A stretch of 64,000 nt of DNA from a virus. Lineage: Duplodnaviria; Caudoviricetes. How positions within the stretch are numbered: position 1 is the first letter of the stretch; every line of letters starts with the position of its first letter. The notes below the pieces were generated by a model that worked only from the letters and a program-made list of their open reading frames with translations, made no database searches and was not told the origin of the DNA. Where the stretch lies: positions 64,001 to 128,000 of IMG/VR virus record IMGVR_UViG_3300046615_000261. One strand, 5' to 3'. Positions 46,825 through 55,750 of this stretch are shown piece by piece. The position numbers and the translations under genes were made by a program.

Positions 46825-47199
46825 ATGAACTTGAACGAAGCAACTGAACTGGATATCCGCTCCGACATCGTCGTGACCGGGTACAACGGTGAAATGGCTG
46901 ATTTCGATAATCCGCGCGGAGAAATCCACGGATTCCGCGCCTACCTGACGATCACCGCCGAAGACGGTTCTCGTTGGGCACACTTCGCGCACTGCACCAA
47001 ACACTGGGAGCAGGAGGCGATCGCAGAGGTCGAGAAGCTGAAAGCTCGTGTTCAAGCATTCCTTGATCACGGTGCGCAACCCCTCGATCCTGCGTGTTGG
47101 ACCCCGATTCAGCCGTGCTACGGTTCCGATGCGTACCAGTCCGGCGGTTGGGAAGCAGAAACGGTCGCGTGGGAACGCGAAATGGACGAAAGATTCTGA
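46825..47199 (+). CDS. Hypothetical early protein (leaderless)
   Basis: TAGAAT 46813..46818, ATG 7 nt later; PCYGS motif. Confidence 0.65.
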   Translation: MNLNEATELDIRSDIVVTGYNGEMADFDNPRGEIHGFRAYLTITAEDGSRWAHFAHCTKHWEQEAIAEVEKLKARVQAFLDHGAQPLDPACWTPIQPCYGSDAYQSGGWEAETVAWEREMDERF

Positions 47200-47200
47200 C

Positions 47201-47401
47201 ATGCCCGATTTGAAAACCCAAGTCTTCGAGGCGCTCGACACCGCCACGAAGGAGAACGATTTCTCGTACTTCGGCATGACGCCGCTCGAAGTAGCCGATG
47301 ACATCGTCGAGTTCAACGCCACATTCGAGAACGTGCAGCCCGAAGAACTCGTGCCGCACATCGAGGCCTGGCTCGAAGGCAATCCGCAGGAGGACAAATG
47401 A
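47201..47401 (+). CDS. Small acidic hypothetical protein
   Basis: MPDLKTQVFEAL..., follows the previous stop. Confidence 0.55.
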   Translation: MPDLKTQVFEALDTATKENDFSYFGMTPLEVADDIVEFNATFENVQPEELVPHIEAWLEGNPQEDK

Positions 47402-47529
47402 TCAGACCAATCGGCCCGTCGATGGCGTACCTGGATTTCCGTGCAATGAAGATGCACTGGGAAGCGATCTGGGAAGCGAACGACATGCGCTGGAACTACA
47501 CGCTCCTGCCACCGGAGAAATTCCTGTGA
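47398..47529 (+). CDS. 43-aa hypothetical protein
   Basis: SD GGAGG, ATGA overlap upstream and GTGA overlap downstream. Confidence 0.5.
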   Translation: MIRPIGPSMAYLDFRAMKMHWEAIWEANDMRWNYTLLPPEKFL

Positions 47530-48026
47530 ACAAGATCATCGAACGAGCCTTGGAGCTCGTGAAACCCCAATTTCGCCTGGACCTCCACCATGGCTGGCAT
47601 GGGATCGGCCACTGGTCTCGCGTCTGGCATAACGCCCGGTTTCTGTGCAGCGAGTTGAAGCTCGATCCGACGGTTCCCTGTTGGTTCGCGTTCACGCACG
47701 ACTCGCAGCGGTTCAACGAGGACAAGGACGAGGAGCATGGCCATCGAGCCGCGGCCTGGATCGAAAGTCTGGACGGCCATCAGCTCCGCTTGAACACGTT
47801 CGATCTGCACCTCCTGAAGACCGCGATGCGTGGTCACTCTGACGGAAAGACAGAAGCGCACCCGATCATCCAGGTCTGCTGGGACGCCGATCGCCTCGAT
47901 CTCGGCCGAGTGGGGATCATGCCGCACAAGTCTTACCTCTGCACCGAACCAGCGAAGCGGCCAGAGGTGATCGCGCTAGCGTGGGAACGATCAACCAGTC
48001 CTCCCGCCAGACGACTGGTTCGCTGA
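47526..48026 (+). CDS. HD-domain phosphohydrolase
   Basis: HGIGHWSRV, FTHDSQR, HGHRAA, HSDG, CWDADRLDLGRVG; GTG start. Confidence 0.8.
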   Translation: MNKIIERALELVKPQFRLDLHHGWHGIGHWSRVWHNARFLCSELKLDPTVPCWFAFTHDSQRFNEDKDEEHGHRAAAWIESLDGHQLRLNTFDLHLLKTAMRGHSDGKTEAHPIIQVCWDADRLDLGRVGIMPHKSYLCTEPAKRPEVIALAWERSTSPPARRLVR

Positions 48027-48047
48027 CCCTCTGTCAGACTCCTTAAG

Positions 48048-48068
48048 AAAGGGCCTTCGGGCCCTTTT
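48048..48068 (+). terminator. Intrinsic terminator
   Basis: aaagggcc-ttcg-ggcccttt-t. Confidence 0.85.
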
Positions 48069-48198
48069 CCGTTTCCGGAATTAGACTCTTCACCGACGCC
48101 GGTCAGGTGTCTCCGGTGTCGCCTCGTGTCGCCGATCGGTGCCGGGTCTTTGGTGCTGGCATGACGTAAATAGGTCTCTACTCCTATGAGCGTCATTC

Positions 48199-50073
48199 AT
48201 GTCAGAAAATCTAAACACCGCTTCTACGCACGATCTCTGGGTTGAAGCGCGGCAGTTCAAGCTGGACCTCAATCGTCCAACGCCGACCTCAATTGAAATT
48301 ACGATCACGCGGCCAGTCGGTCTGAAGATCGCGGACGGAGCGGTCGTTCTGCTCGGCGAGCAGGCAATCGACGCGTCGAGCTGGCCAGAAGACGGTAAGA
48401 AGTATCTCGCCTCGACCACGTGGAATGACCAGAGCGAAGGCGCTGGATCGCTTATCAACACGTTCCAGGTCGTTGGGTTCTACAGCGGAATCATGGGTCA
48501 GCCTCTGCCTGAAGGCACGGTCACTGGCACTGAGACCACATGGACGATCACCGTCGAAGGCACGGATCCAGACACGCTGTACTACGCGTCGATCCACCCT
48601 GCAACGAAGGTCTTGCAGTACTACCCGATTGGCGTCCAATCGTACCCACTTGACGGTTCGCAGATCGAGAAGAGCTCGAACTCGTACACTGGTTCGATCC
48701 CATCGCTTCCTGCTGCTCCAACCTCGCCAACTCCTGGCATGGTCTACTTCGATCAGGCGCTGAAGTTCGTTCAGTACTGGGACGCAACGCGGAACGTCTG
48801 GATCCCAACGCGCTCTGACACCATCCAAGCAGGTGAAACAAATCCTGGCGTGATCGGTCATGTGTTCATGATCGGCGGATCGCTGAAGGTGTTCGATGGT
48901 CTGAACTGGATTTCAGTCACGGCAGCGAACATGCAGTTCTCAGCAGCTGGATCGTGGGTGCCGTTCAACTCGGTCTCTGGCGCGACGAAGCTCCCTGATG
49001 CTCCAGTTGCTGGTGACCTCGTGTACAACTACACGTCGCAACAAGTTCAGTACTTTGACGGTACAAGCTGGCAAATCCCTGGCCCAGCTACGGCTCTGCT
49101 CACAACGAGCACCGCAACGGTTCCTGCGTTCACGGTTCCATTCGCTGTTGAGTACGAAGACCTCGTCACGCCGTACATCGGAATGTTGTTCTACAACACG
49201 AAGAACCATCAGCTGAACGTGTTCAATGGCACGACATGGGAGCGCGCAAATACAGCCCAAGCCGGCACGCCAACATCCGACAAGGTCGGTATCGGCAATG
49301 ACGGTTCGTACGATCAACGCATTCGCCTTGTGAACATTTTGAAGGCTCAGCTTGGTTGGCCAGCGCAATGCGTTGAGCTCACTGAAGAGCAGTTCAACAT
49401 CGCGATCGATAACGCGCTTGACACTTACCGTCAGCTCAGCATCGGTGCGTACGAGCCACGGTTCATGGTCATTCAGCTGATCGCTGGACAGCAGACGTAC
49501 TTCCTGAACTCGCCAACTGATCGCTCTGACGCAATTGTGTCGGTCCAGAAGATCAATCGCATGGGGTACGCCTCGATCGGCTCGACTGGCTCCGACAACA
49601 TCTGGAACCAAGCGTTCATTCAACAGAACTTCACGCAGTCAATTACGAGCGGGCCGATGGTTGAGCTTCAACTGCTGTCGAACTGGACTGATGACATGAC
49701 ACGTATGTTCGCTGGTGACATTCCATTCGTTTGGAATGAAGCGCGCCGCGAGTTGTTCCTGAAGCGCATGATCCGCAATCATGAGAAGGTTGTGCTTGAA
49801 GTTGAACTTGAGCGCACCGAGCAAGAAATCATGATGGACCGTTGGTGCAAGCAGTGGATTCAAGGTTGGGCTATTGCCGAGTGCAAGGAAAATCTCGGCT
49901 TGATCCGTTCGAAGTTCAGCTCCGGTACTCCTGGTCCCGCTGGCACGATCACCCTGAACGGTGACACACTGCTCTCCGAAGCTCGCCAAGACTTCACGGA
50001 CCTGCGCCAGCAGATCTTTGATTACGAGGTTCAGAACGCCGAGCACGGGAACGTCGCGTTCCTGATGGGCTGA
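48199..50073 (+). CDS. gp13: Neck protein gp13-like with long N-terminal repeat extension
   Basis: C-terminal ILKAQLGWP..CVELTEEQFNIAIDNAL...WIQGWAIAECKENLGLIRSKF...ITLNGDTLL. Confidence 0.75.
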   Translation: MSENLNTASTHDLWVEARQFKLDLNRPTPTSIEITITRPVGLKIADGAVVLLGEQAIDASSWPEDGKKYLASTTWNDQSEGAGSLINTFQVVGFYSGIMGQPLPEGTVTGTETTWTITVEGTDPDTLYYASIHPATKVLQYYPIGVQSYPLDGSQIEKSSNSYTGSIPSLPAAPTSPTPGMVYFDQALKFVQYWDATRNVWIPTRSDTIQAGETNPGVIGHVFMIGGSLKVFDGLNWISVTAANMQFSAAGSWVPFNSVSGATKLPDAPVAGDLVYNYTSQQVQYFDGTSWQIPGPATALLTTSTATVPAFTVPFAVEYEDLVTPYIGMLFYNTKNHQLNVFNGTTWERANTAQAGTPTSDKVGIGNDGSYDQRIRLVNILKAQLGWPAQCVELTEEQFNIAIDNALDTYRQLSIGAYEPRFMVIQLIAGQQTYFLNSPTDRSDAIVSVQKINRMGYASIGSTGSDNIWNQAFIQQNFTQSITSGPMVELQLLSNWTDDMTRMFAGDIPFVWNEARRELFLKRMIRNHEKVVLEVELERTEQEIMMDRWCKQWIQGWAIAECKENLGLIRSKFSSGTPGPAGTITLNGDTLLSEARQDFTDLRQQIFDYEVQNAEHGNVAFLMG

Positions 50074-50112
50074 TCGCTATTTGTCACCTAATGCCTGTAT
50101 AACTCTCACCCT

Positions 50113-51936
50113 ATGAGCTCTCTCCCTATCACCACATGTCCAGACGGCGCAGGTTCAGTGAACACGACCGGAAATGGACTCGCCCCTGTACAGACGTACA
50201 TCCAACCTGACATTTGCGTCGGTGAGTGGGAAATTCCGGCGTGCTCGGATTCGTATCAAGAGCAGCTCGCAGCAGAGAACCTGAACATCAGTGGGGCGCC
50301 ACTGAATGTGTTCAAGCTCCTGGGTGTGCACGAGCAAGGGAAGTTGATTGACCTTGTCGGTCTTGGGCAAGCGCTGAACAGCTCGGCAGATGCGTTCGAT
50401 CTGCTCGGAAACAATTGGCTGTCAGCAGAGACGGGCATGGCCGTGCTCACGACCCCTGCTTGGATGGGGTACGATTTTGGAACGACTAAGACGTCGTTCG
50501 GTCAGGACGTGAACGCAAAGGGCCAACCTGCCGCGCAGCACATCACATCGTTCCGAATTACGCAACCGACTGAGGGTCGCAGAGCACTTCAAGTGCGAAT
50601 TGAACGATCGACGGGCGGGTACAAGGTTGACCCTCTGAAGATCCGCTTTACCGGATCTGGGAATGGTTCAGTGCAAGGTTACACTCCGGGCGTTCAGGCG
50701 GTTCCGGGCACCTTCATGCTTGCTGCAAGTAGCGCTACAAACTTCTCGGTTCTTTTCACCGGGGCCACCACGGAGGTGGTCGGTGTTTGCACGGTAGGAG
50801 TACGCTTCAATAGTCTGCACGGTTCTTTCACGATCATTCCTGGTTCGATTCCATTCGAGGCTGGCGACATGTTCTCCCTTCCGGTTGAACTTGATTGGTA
50901 CCGAGTAGATGTCTTGAACTTGCCAGACGTCGCAGGTGCGGTCCTTGCCCGCATCAAGCAATCCTCAGCTTCCCGTTACTGGCGAATCGTCCCTACTTCC
51001 TTCAGTGGAGTTCATGACGATCAACCTTGGGAGGTTGAGAAGTTGGAGCTGTTCGACTACCAGACAACTCGTCTGGATGACGTTCAAGACCAACTGTACC
51101 TGGAGAATCGCGATCGGGACTATGCTAAGCAATCAGTCCAGTTCAAAGTTTCGTACCAGCCGTTCGACGCCATTTCTGACCTGTCGAAGTTTGGTTTCCA
51201 AGTTTCTGACATGTACTCGTTCACAACTGTATTCTCTACCATGATCGCGGCTTTGGGCCGTCCGATCGTGGTTGGGGACGTGCTTGAAGTACCGTCTGAG
51301 ATGCAGTACGACCAGAACCTGAAACCAGTCCGGAAGTTCCTTGAAGTCACAGACACTTCGTGGGGCTCTGACGGGTACACCACTTCGTGGCGCCCAATCA
51401 CGTTCAAGTTCCAAGCGACTCAATTGATCCCGAGCCAGGAAACACGCGACATTCTCGGCACCGTTGATACCCAGAAGTATGTGGTCGACGATGGTAACTT
51501 CTTCGCTGGCATCGAGCAGATCAGCACCGGTCCTCTGACATCCTCCGAAGCTGTGAAGGCCGAGGCTGAGCTGGCAGTTCCTGAGACTGGCGCGAATGTC
51601 CGTGAAGTCGCTTCCGGTATGAATCGCTTCAATCAACCTGGCAGCTACGACGGCACTGGTTTGTACGTTGAAGATGGTCTGCCGCCAGATGCGCAGCCAT
51701 ACACCGAAGGCTTCAAGCTTCCAGACGTCGCTGGAGTTCAGGATGGCGCGTTCTTCCGTTTGAACTACGACCCAAAACTAAATATCGCTGCACGCCTGTA
51801 CAAGTTCAGCAACGTGAAGAACCAGTGGATGTACGTTGAGACCGATCGTCGGAACGAACGCTCTGCACTGAAGCCATCACAGCGCGAAATGTTCAATCAG
51901 ACGAAGACAATCTCTCTCACATCTAAGACCGTCTAA
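50113..51936 (+). CDS. gp14: Neck protein gp14-like
   Basis: QLAAENLNISGAPL, DQLYLENRDRDY, DLSKFGF, ALGRPIVVGDVLEVP. Confidence 0.7.
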   Translation: MSSLPITTCPDGAGSVNTTGNGLAPVQTYIQPDICVGEWEIPACSDSYQEQLAAENLNISGAPLNVFKLLGVHEQGKLIDLVGLGQALNSSADAFDLLGNNWLSAETGMAVLTTPAWMGYDFGTTKTSFGQDVNAKGQPAAQHITSFRITQPTEGRRALQVRIERSTGGYKVDPLKIRFTGSGNGSVQGYTPGVQAVPGTFMLAASSATNFSVLFTGATTEVVGVCTVGVRFNSLHGSFTIIPGSIPFEAGDMFSLPVELDWYRVDVLNLPDVAGAVLARIKQSSASRYWRIVPTSFSGVHDDQPWEVEKLELFDYQTTRLDDVQDQLYLENRDRDYAKQSVQFKVSYQPFDAISDLSKFGFQVSDMYSFTTVFSTMIAALGRPIVVGDVLEVPSEMQYDQNLKPVRKFLEVTDTSWGSDGYTTSWRPITFKFQATQLIPSQETRDILGTVDTQKYVVDDGNFFAGIEQISTGPLTSSEAVKAEAELAVPETGANVREVASGMNRFNQPGSYDGTGLYVEDGLPPDAQPYTEGFKLPDVAGVQDGAFFRLNYDPKLNIAARLYKFSNVKNQWMYVETDRRNERSALKPSQREMFNQTKTISLTSKTV

Positions 51937-52814
51937 TGAAGCTCCTCGATCTTTTTGAATCAGCGAAATACACCCTCGAGCAGGAGTTTATCATCCGCTC
52001 GTGGGGTCAGGTCTTGTACCTTGACTACTTCGATTTGCCTGCTGGCCGCAGCACTATTGGCACCTATGATTTGGCTGTTCTCGTTCGTGAGTACAACGAG
52101 GCAATCAAGTCTGGCGATGAAGACAAGATCACCGAGCTGGATGAGTGGATCGCTGAAGGCGCGCCATTGAAGAACGGTAAGCACGTGCTCACAAAGGAAA
52201 CTGTTGACGTTCTGCTCACGCGAGCGCAACATAAAGCTGGCAAGGAGATCACGCTCTATCGGTTCGATGAACGAGACAATCCATTGAAGCCAGATGCGTG
52301 GATCAGCATGACCACGAAAGATAACGGATACGCAGGCGCACGTCGTGAATACCATCTGAAGGCAGATGACCTGATCATTGACGCACATGGTCTTGCTGAT
52401 GACCAGGAAGTGATCGTGAATACGAACGTGCTTCTTAAGTCTACAAACGAAGCGTACCAGCCAGAGTGGGAGAAGCCATGCTGGATCGTCGCAATCAAGA
52501 ACACCCTTGGCGTCTCTGAAGAGAAGATCAAGGAGCTTGCTCTGAAGCATGACTGGGACGGAAAGAGCGATGGTCTTGCTGTCAAGAACGTGATCATGAT
52601 CGTGTGGGATTTGATCGGCCATATGCCTGATCTGTCGCTCACGAAGGACTCGAGAGGCATGACACCAAAGGAGTTCTCTGGCACTCAAGGCAAGACTGGT
52701 CTCGTGTTCACGAAGGCGCACGTGATGCCGATGATCAATGGCAAGGTATCAAATTTCAACGGGCACGGCGAAGAAGAAATCGCGGCGGTCGCCACGTACA
52801 AAGGTAAGAAATGA
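51936..52814 (+). CDS. Putative internal head polyprotein: ART-like plus papain-like domains
   Basis: MKLLDLFESA; LYR...WISMT...QEVIV; then PCWIVAI...AHVMPMING..SN. Confidence 0.5.
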   Translation: MKLLDLFESAKYTLEQEFIIRSWGQVLYLDYFDLPAGRSTIGTYDLAVLVREYNEAIKSGDEDKITELDEWIAEGAPLKNGKHVLTKETVDVLLTRAQHKAGKEITLYRFDERDNPLKPDAWISMTTKDNGYAGARREYHLKADDLIIDAHGLADDQEVIVNTNVLLKSTNEAYQPEWEKPCWIVAIKNTLGVSEEKIKELALKHDWDGKSDGLAVKNVIMIVWDLIGHMPDLSLTKDSRGMTPKEFSGTQGKTGLVFTKAHVMPMINGKVSNFNGHGEEEIAAVATYKGKK

Positions 52815-53281
52815 TTCTGCAGGAGATCCTTGACAGCGTATATCCGTTCAAGCTGAAGAAGCATGCTGACGGTATGTCGGCGTCGTTCGTGAATGCGAAC
52901 AAGAAGCGCGTCTCGGTCTCCTTGGTTGGGTACCACATTCCAGAAACTGGTTGGTCGTACGAGATCCAGTTCGCGATCAAGAACAGCACTGAGTTAACAG
53001 GTGATGGTGATCAGTTCAAAATCTTTGCGACTGTTTCTGCAATCGTGCAGGAGTTCTTGAAGGTCAAGAGCGATTGGCGAGCATCAGGAGTTCCTGTGCT
53101 ACTGTTCTGCACGGCAGATTCAGGTGGCCGTCATGGACTGTACAGGAAGCTTGTTCAGCGAGTAATCGCTGGTACGAAATTCAAAATCAAAGAACCAACC
53201 GCTCTGCCGAAGAACGTGCAAGAGTGGTGGTCGCAGCTGGAGTTCTCCGGCGACTCATACATTATGGCAACAACACTATGA
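52811..53281 (+). CDS. Putative internal head protein, GNAT-like family
   Basis: MILQEILDS; LTGDGDQFKIFATV...FCTADSGGRHGLYRKLV. Confidence 0.65.
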   Translation: MILQEILDSVYPFKLKKHADGMSASFVNANKKRVSVSLVGYHIPETGWSYEIQFAIKNSTELTGDGDQFKIFATVSAIVQEFLKVKSDWRASGVPVLLFCTADSGGRHGLYRKLVQRVIAGTKFKIKEPTALPKNVQEWWSQLEFSGDSYIMATTL

Positions 53282-54063
53282 TCAATAACTACTGGTTCGA
53301 TAATCAACTGCGGAGCTACATCCTGCAGTTCGTCTCGATCTTCCAAGGTCTGCAAGTACAGACTGGTTCTGGCGAGTGCGATGAGGTTCAGCGAATCACC
53401 GTACCATGCGTGATCGGTAACAAGGACCGTGTCGTCGCAGCTCTGCACACTGGGAATACAGACAATCGCGTGTTCAGCCTGCCAACAATGTCCGTGCACA
53501 TGCAAGGTCTGCAGCTCGCTCCTGAACGTCGGAAGGTTCAAGCATTCGTGGATCAGCGAGTGACCATGAAGGCTGGTGGCGTGTTCCCGCAAGACTTGAC
53601 GACCGTTAAGCGCGCGATGCCAATCCCGTACAACATGACGATCGAACTGAGCATCTACGCGTCGAACACTCTGCAACGCGATCAGATCCTAGAGCAAATC
53701 CTCGTGCTGTTCAATCCGGATCTGCAGATCCAGAAGTCTGATGGTGCATTCGACTGGACACGTCTGACAAAGGTTGAACTGACTGACATCGCGAACGAAG
53801 AGAACTATCCATCGGCGACTGATCGCCGCATGATCGTCTGGACTCTGTCGTTCGAGCTGCCGATCTTCCTGAGCGTTCCGATGGGCGTGAAGGATGACTT
53901 GGTCCGGAAGGTCATTATCCAGATTGGTTCGCTAGATACTCTAGTAGTGAATGAAGTTGACGAGAATGGAGAACTGACTCCGTTCGGCACTCCAATTGCT
54001 CGTATCGAGTACGACACCCGCGACCCTGTAGGTCCAATTCCTGACGGCCCAGTCCAAGTATGA
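53278..54063 (+). CDS. gp15: Tail terminator/sheath stabiliser gp15-like
   Basis: YWFDNQLRSYILQFVSIF, PIPYNMTIELSIYA...QILEQILVLFNP. Confidence 0.85.
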   Translation: MINNYWFDNQLRSYILQFVSIFQGLQVQTGSGECDEVQRITVPCVIGNKDRVVAALHTGNTDNRVFSLPTMSVHMQGLQLAPERRKVQAFVDQRVTMKAGGVFPQDLTTVKRAMPIPYNMTIELSIYASNTLQRDQILEQILVLFNPDLQIQKSDGAFDWTRLTKVELTDIANEENYPSATDRRMIVWTLSFELPIFLSVPMGVKDDLVRKVIIQIGSLDTLVVNEVDENGELTPFGTPIARIEYDTRDPVGPIPDGPVQV

Positions 54064-55646
54064 TTTCATTCAAGCAATTCCTCGCCGAAAAGGCAATGAA
54101 CAAAGGCGCGTACGCTAAGGCTGCGGCCCGCGTAGGCGGAGACGCACGTATCGGTTTTGAGATCGAAGTCGTTGTTCCAGCAAAAACCGCAATGCACGTC
54201 GGTCCTTCTGAAACGAAGGACGATCCGTCGAACATCGAAGACATCCGTAAGTACGACTCTCTGAGCGAGTTCGAGGTCACGTTCTATGTGACGCAGAATG
54301 ATCGTGCAAAGATCAATCGTGACTTCGGAGACTGGGTGGCAGCCCAGGAAGATGACTGGGTTGAGGGGAACTGGCACTCATTCGTTGATGACGACGAGCA
54401 TGAAGACAATCCAGATCGCGCTGAGAAGAATGCGCGCCGTGAAGCCGCACGTGAGTACGACAAGTCTGACGACACCTTTGATGTCTGGGTTGATCGTGAA
54501 TTCAGAACCTCAAAGTCATTCGTTGATTTCTACGATCTTGAGCCAAACTACGGCTGGCACAACGACTACACGGTGTACACGTCTGATCCACAAGGCGAGT
54601 CCGAGATGTACATGAACGGCTGGGGTGAGACAGCAAAGTACATGGCACAGCAGCTCGAGCTGATCGTAAAGAACAAGGTCGTCGTGAACGGTTCCGGCTA
54701 TTCAAGCTGGAACCTTACCCATGACACCTCGATCAAAGACGATCAAGGCACTGATTACGAATCAGGCATGAACGGGTACGGTATTGAAATCGTCTCTCCT
54801 CCGCTGAAGTTCGAAACCGCGTTCACTCTCCTTGAAGCTGTTCTCCGTTGGGTAGATCGGAACGGCATGAACACGAATGAGACGACTGGCATTCACATGA
54901 ACATGTCTCTGAACGACATGGCTGATTTCGATCCATTGAAGCTCGTGCTGTTCATGGGTGACAAGCACATCCTTGAGAAGTTCAATCGTCTTTCGAACAC
55001 GTTCACTCGCTCGCAGATTCAGCTTGCTGCTGACGGCGTCGAGATGACTGGCACTCTGCCAAAGGGCGTGGCTGAGATTGAGAAGGCTGCTCGTGAATCG
55101 CTGAAGACTTCAGGTAAGTACTTCTCGGTTAATCTGAACCACATGCCGAAGTACCTCGAGTTCCGCGCTGCTGGCGGTCCAGGATACCACAAGCGAATCG
55201 CTGATCTGCACGAATTGATGGGCCGTTGGCTGACCGCCATGGAGATCGCAACCGATCCGGCACGTGAACGGAAAGAGTACCTGAAAAAGATCGCGAAGCT
55301 CGCAGGGCTGACATCGATCGGTAAGGCGCAACAAGGCGATTCAGTCGAGAAGTCATTCAAGGACGCAGTTCTTGGTCCACGCGGTCGTCGCTGGCTCTGG
55401 GACGGCGTCCAAAAGGCTCTTGAGTCTGGTGATGCAGCAAAGATCAAGACGGCTCTGAAGTCGCTCGTGATGGAGATCATTTCCGATTACGAAGACGGAT
55501 CGCCAAAGAAGCCGACCTTTAAACAGGTAAAAGAAGCCCGTGCAATGTTCAAGCAGGCCGGAGTGAAACTGAATGATTTGCAGGGAGACGACAAAGAACT
55601 GCGCGGCGCGTACGCAAAATTCAATCACATTTGGAGTGTCGACTGA
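54060..55646 (+). CDS. Putative amidoligase (COOH-NH2 ligase) with capsid-targeting leader
   Basis: MISFKQFLAE; GFEIE, HDTSIK, GIEIVSPP, TTGIHMNMS, KYFSVNL, LEFR. Confidence 0.75.
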   Translation: MISFKQFLAEKAMNKGAYAKAAARVGGDARIGFEIEVVVPAKTAMHVGPSETKDDPSNIEDIRKYDSLSEFEVTFYVTQNDRAKINRDFGDWVAAQEDDWVEGNWHSFVDDDEHEDNPDRAEKNARREAAREYDKSDDTFDVWVDREFRTSKSFVDFYDLEPNYGWHNDYTVYTSDPQGESEMYMNGWGETAKYMAQQLELIVKNKVVVNGSGYSSWNLTHDTSIKDDQGTDYESGMNGYGIEIVSPPLKFETAFTLLEAVLRWVDRNGMNTNETTGIHMNMSLNDMADFDPLKLVLFMGDKHILEKFNRLSNTFTRSQIQLAADGVEMTGTLPKGVAEIEKAARESLKTSGKYFSVNLNHMPKYLEFRAAGGPGYHKRIADLHELMGRWLTAMEIATDPARERKEYLKKIAKLAGLTSIGKAQQGDSVEKSFKDAVLGPRGRRWLWDGVQKALESGDAAKIKTALKSLVMEIISDYEDGSPKKPTFKQVKEARAMFKQAGVKLNDLQGDDKELRGAYAKFNHIWSVD

Positions 55647-55750
55647 AAGTGCACTGGTTCTCGAAGCACTTTCCGGCACGGTCCTAAATACCTAGAACCA
55701 AAACCCAGCAGTCAGAATTCTGACTCTTAACCCCTCGTAGGAGATCTAAC

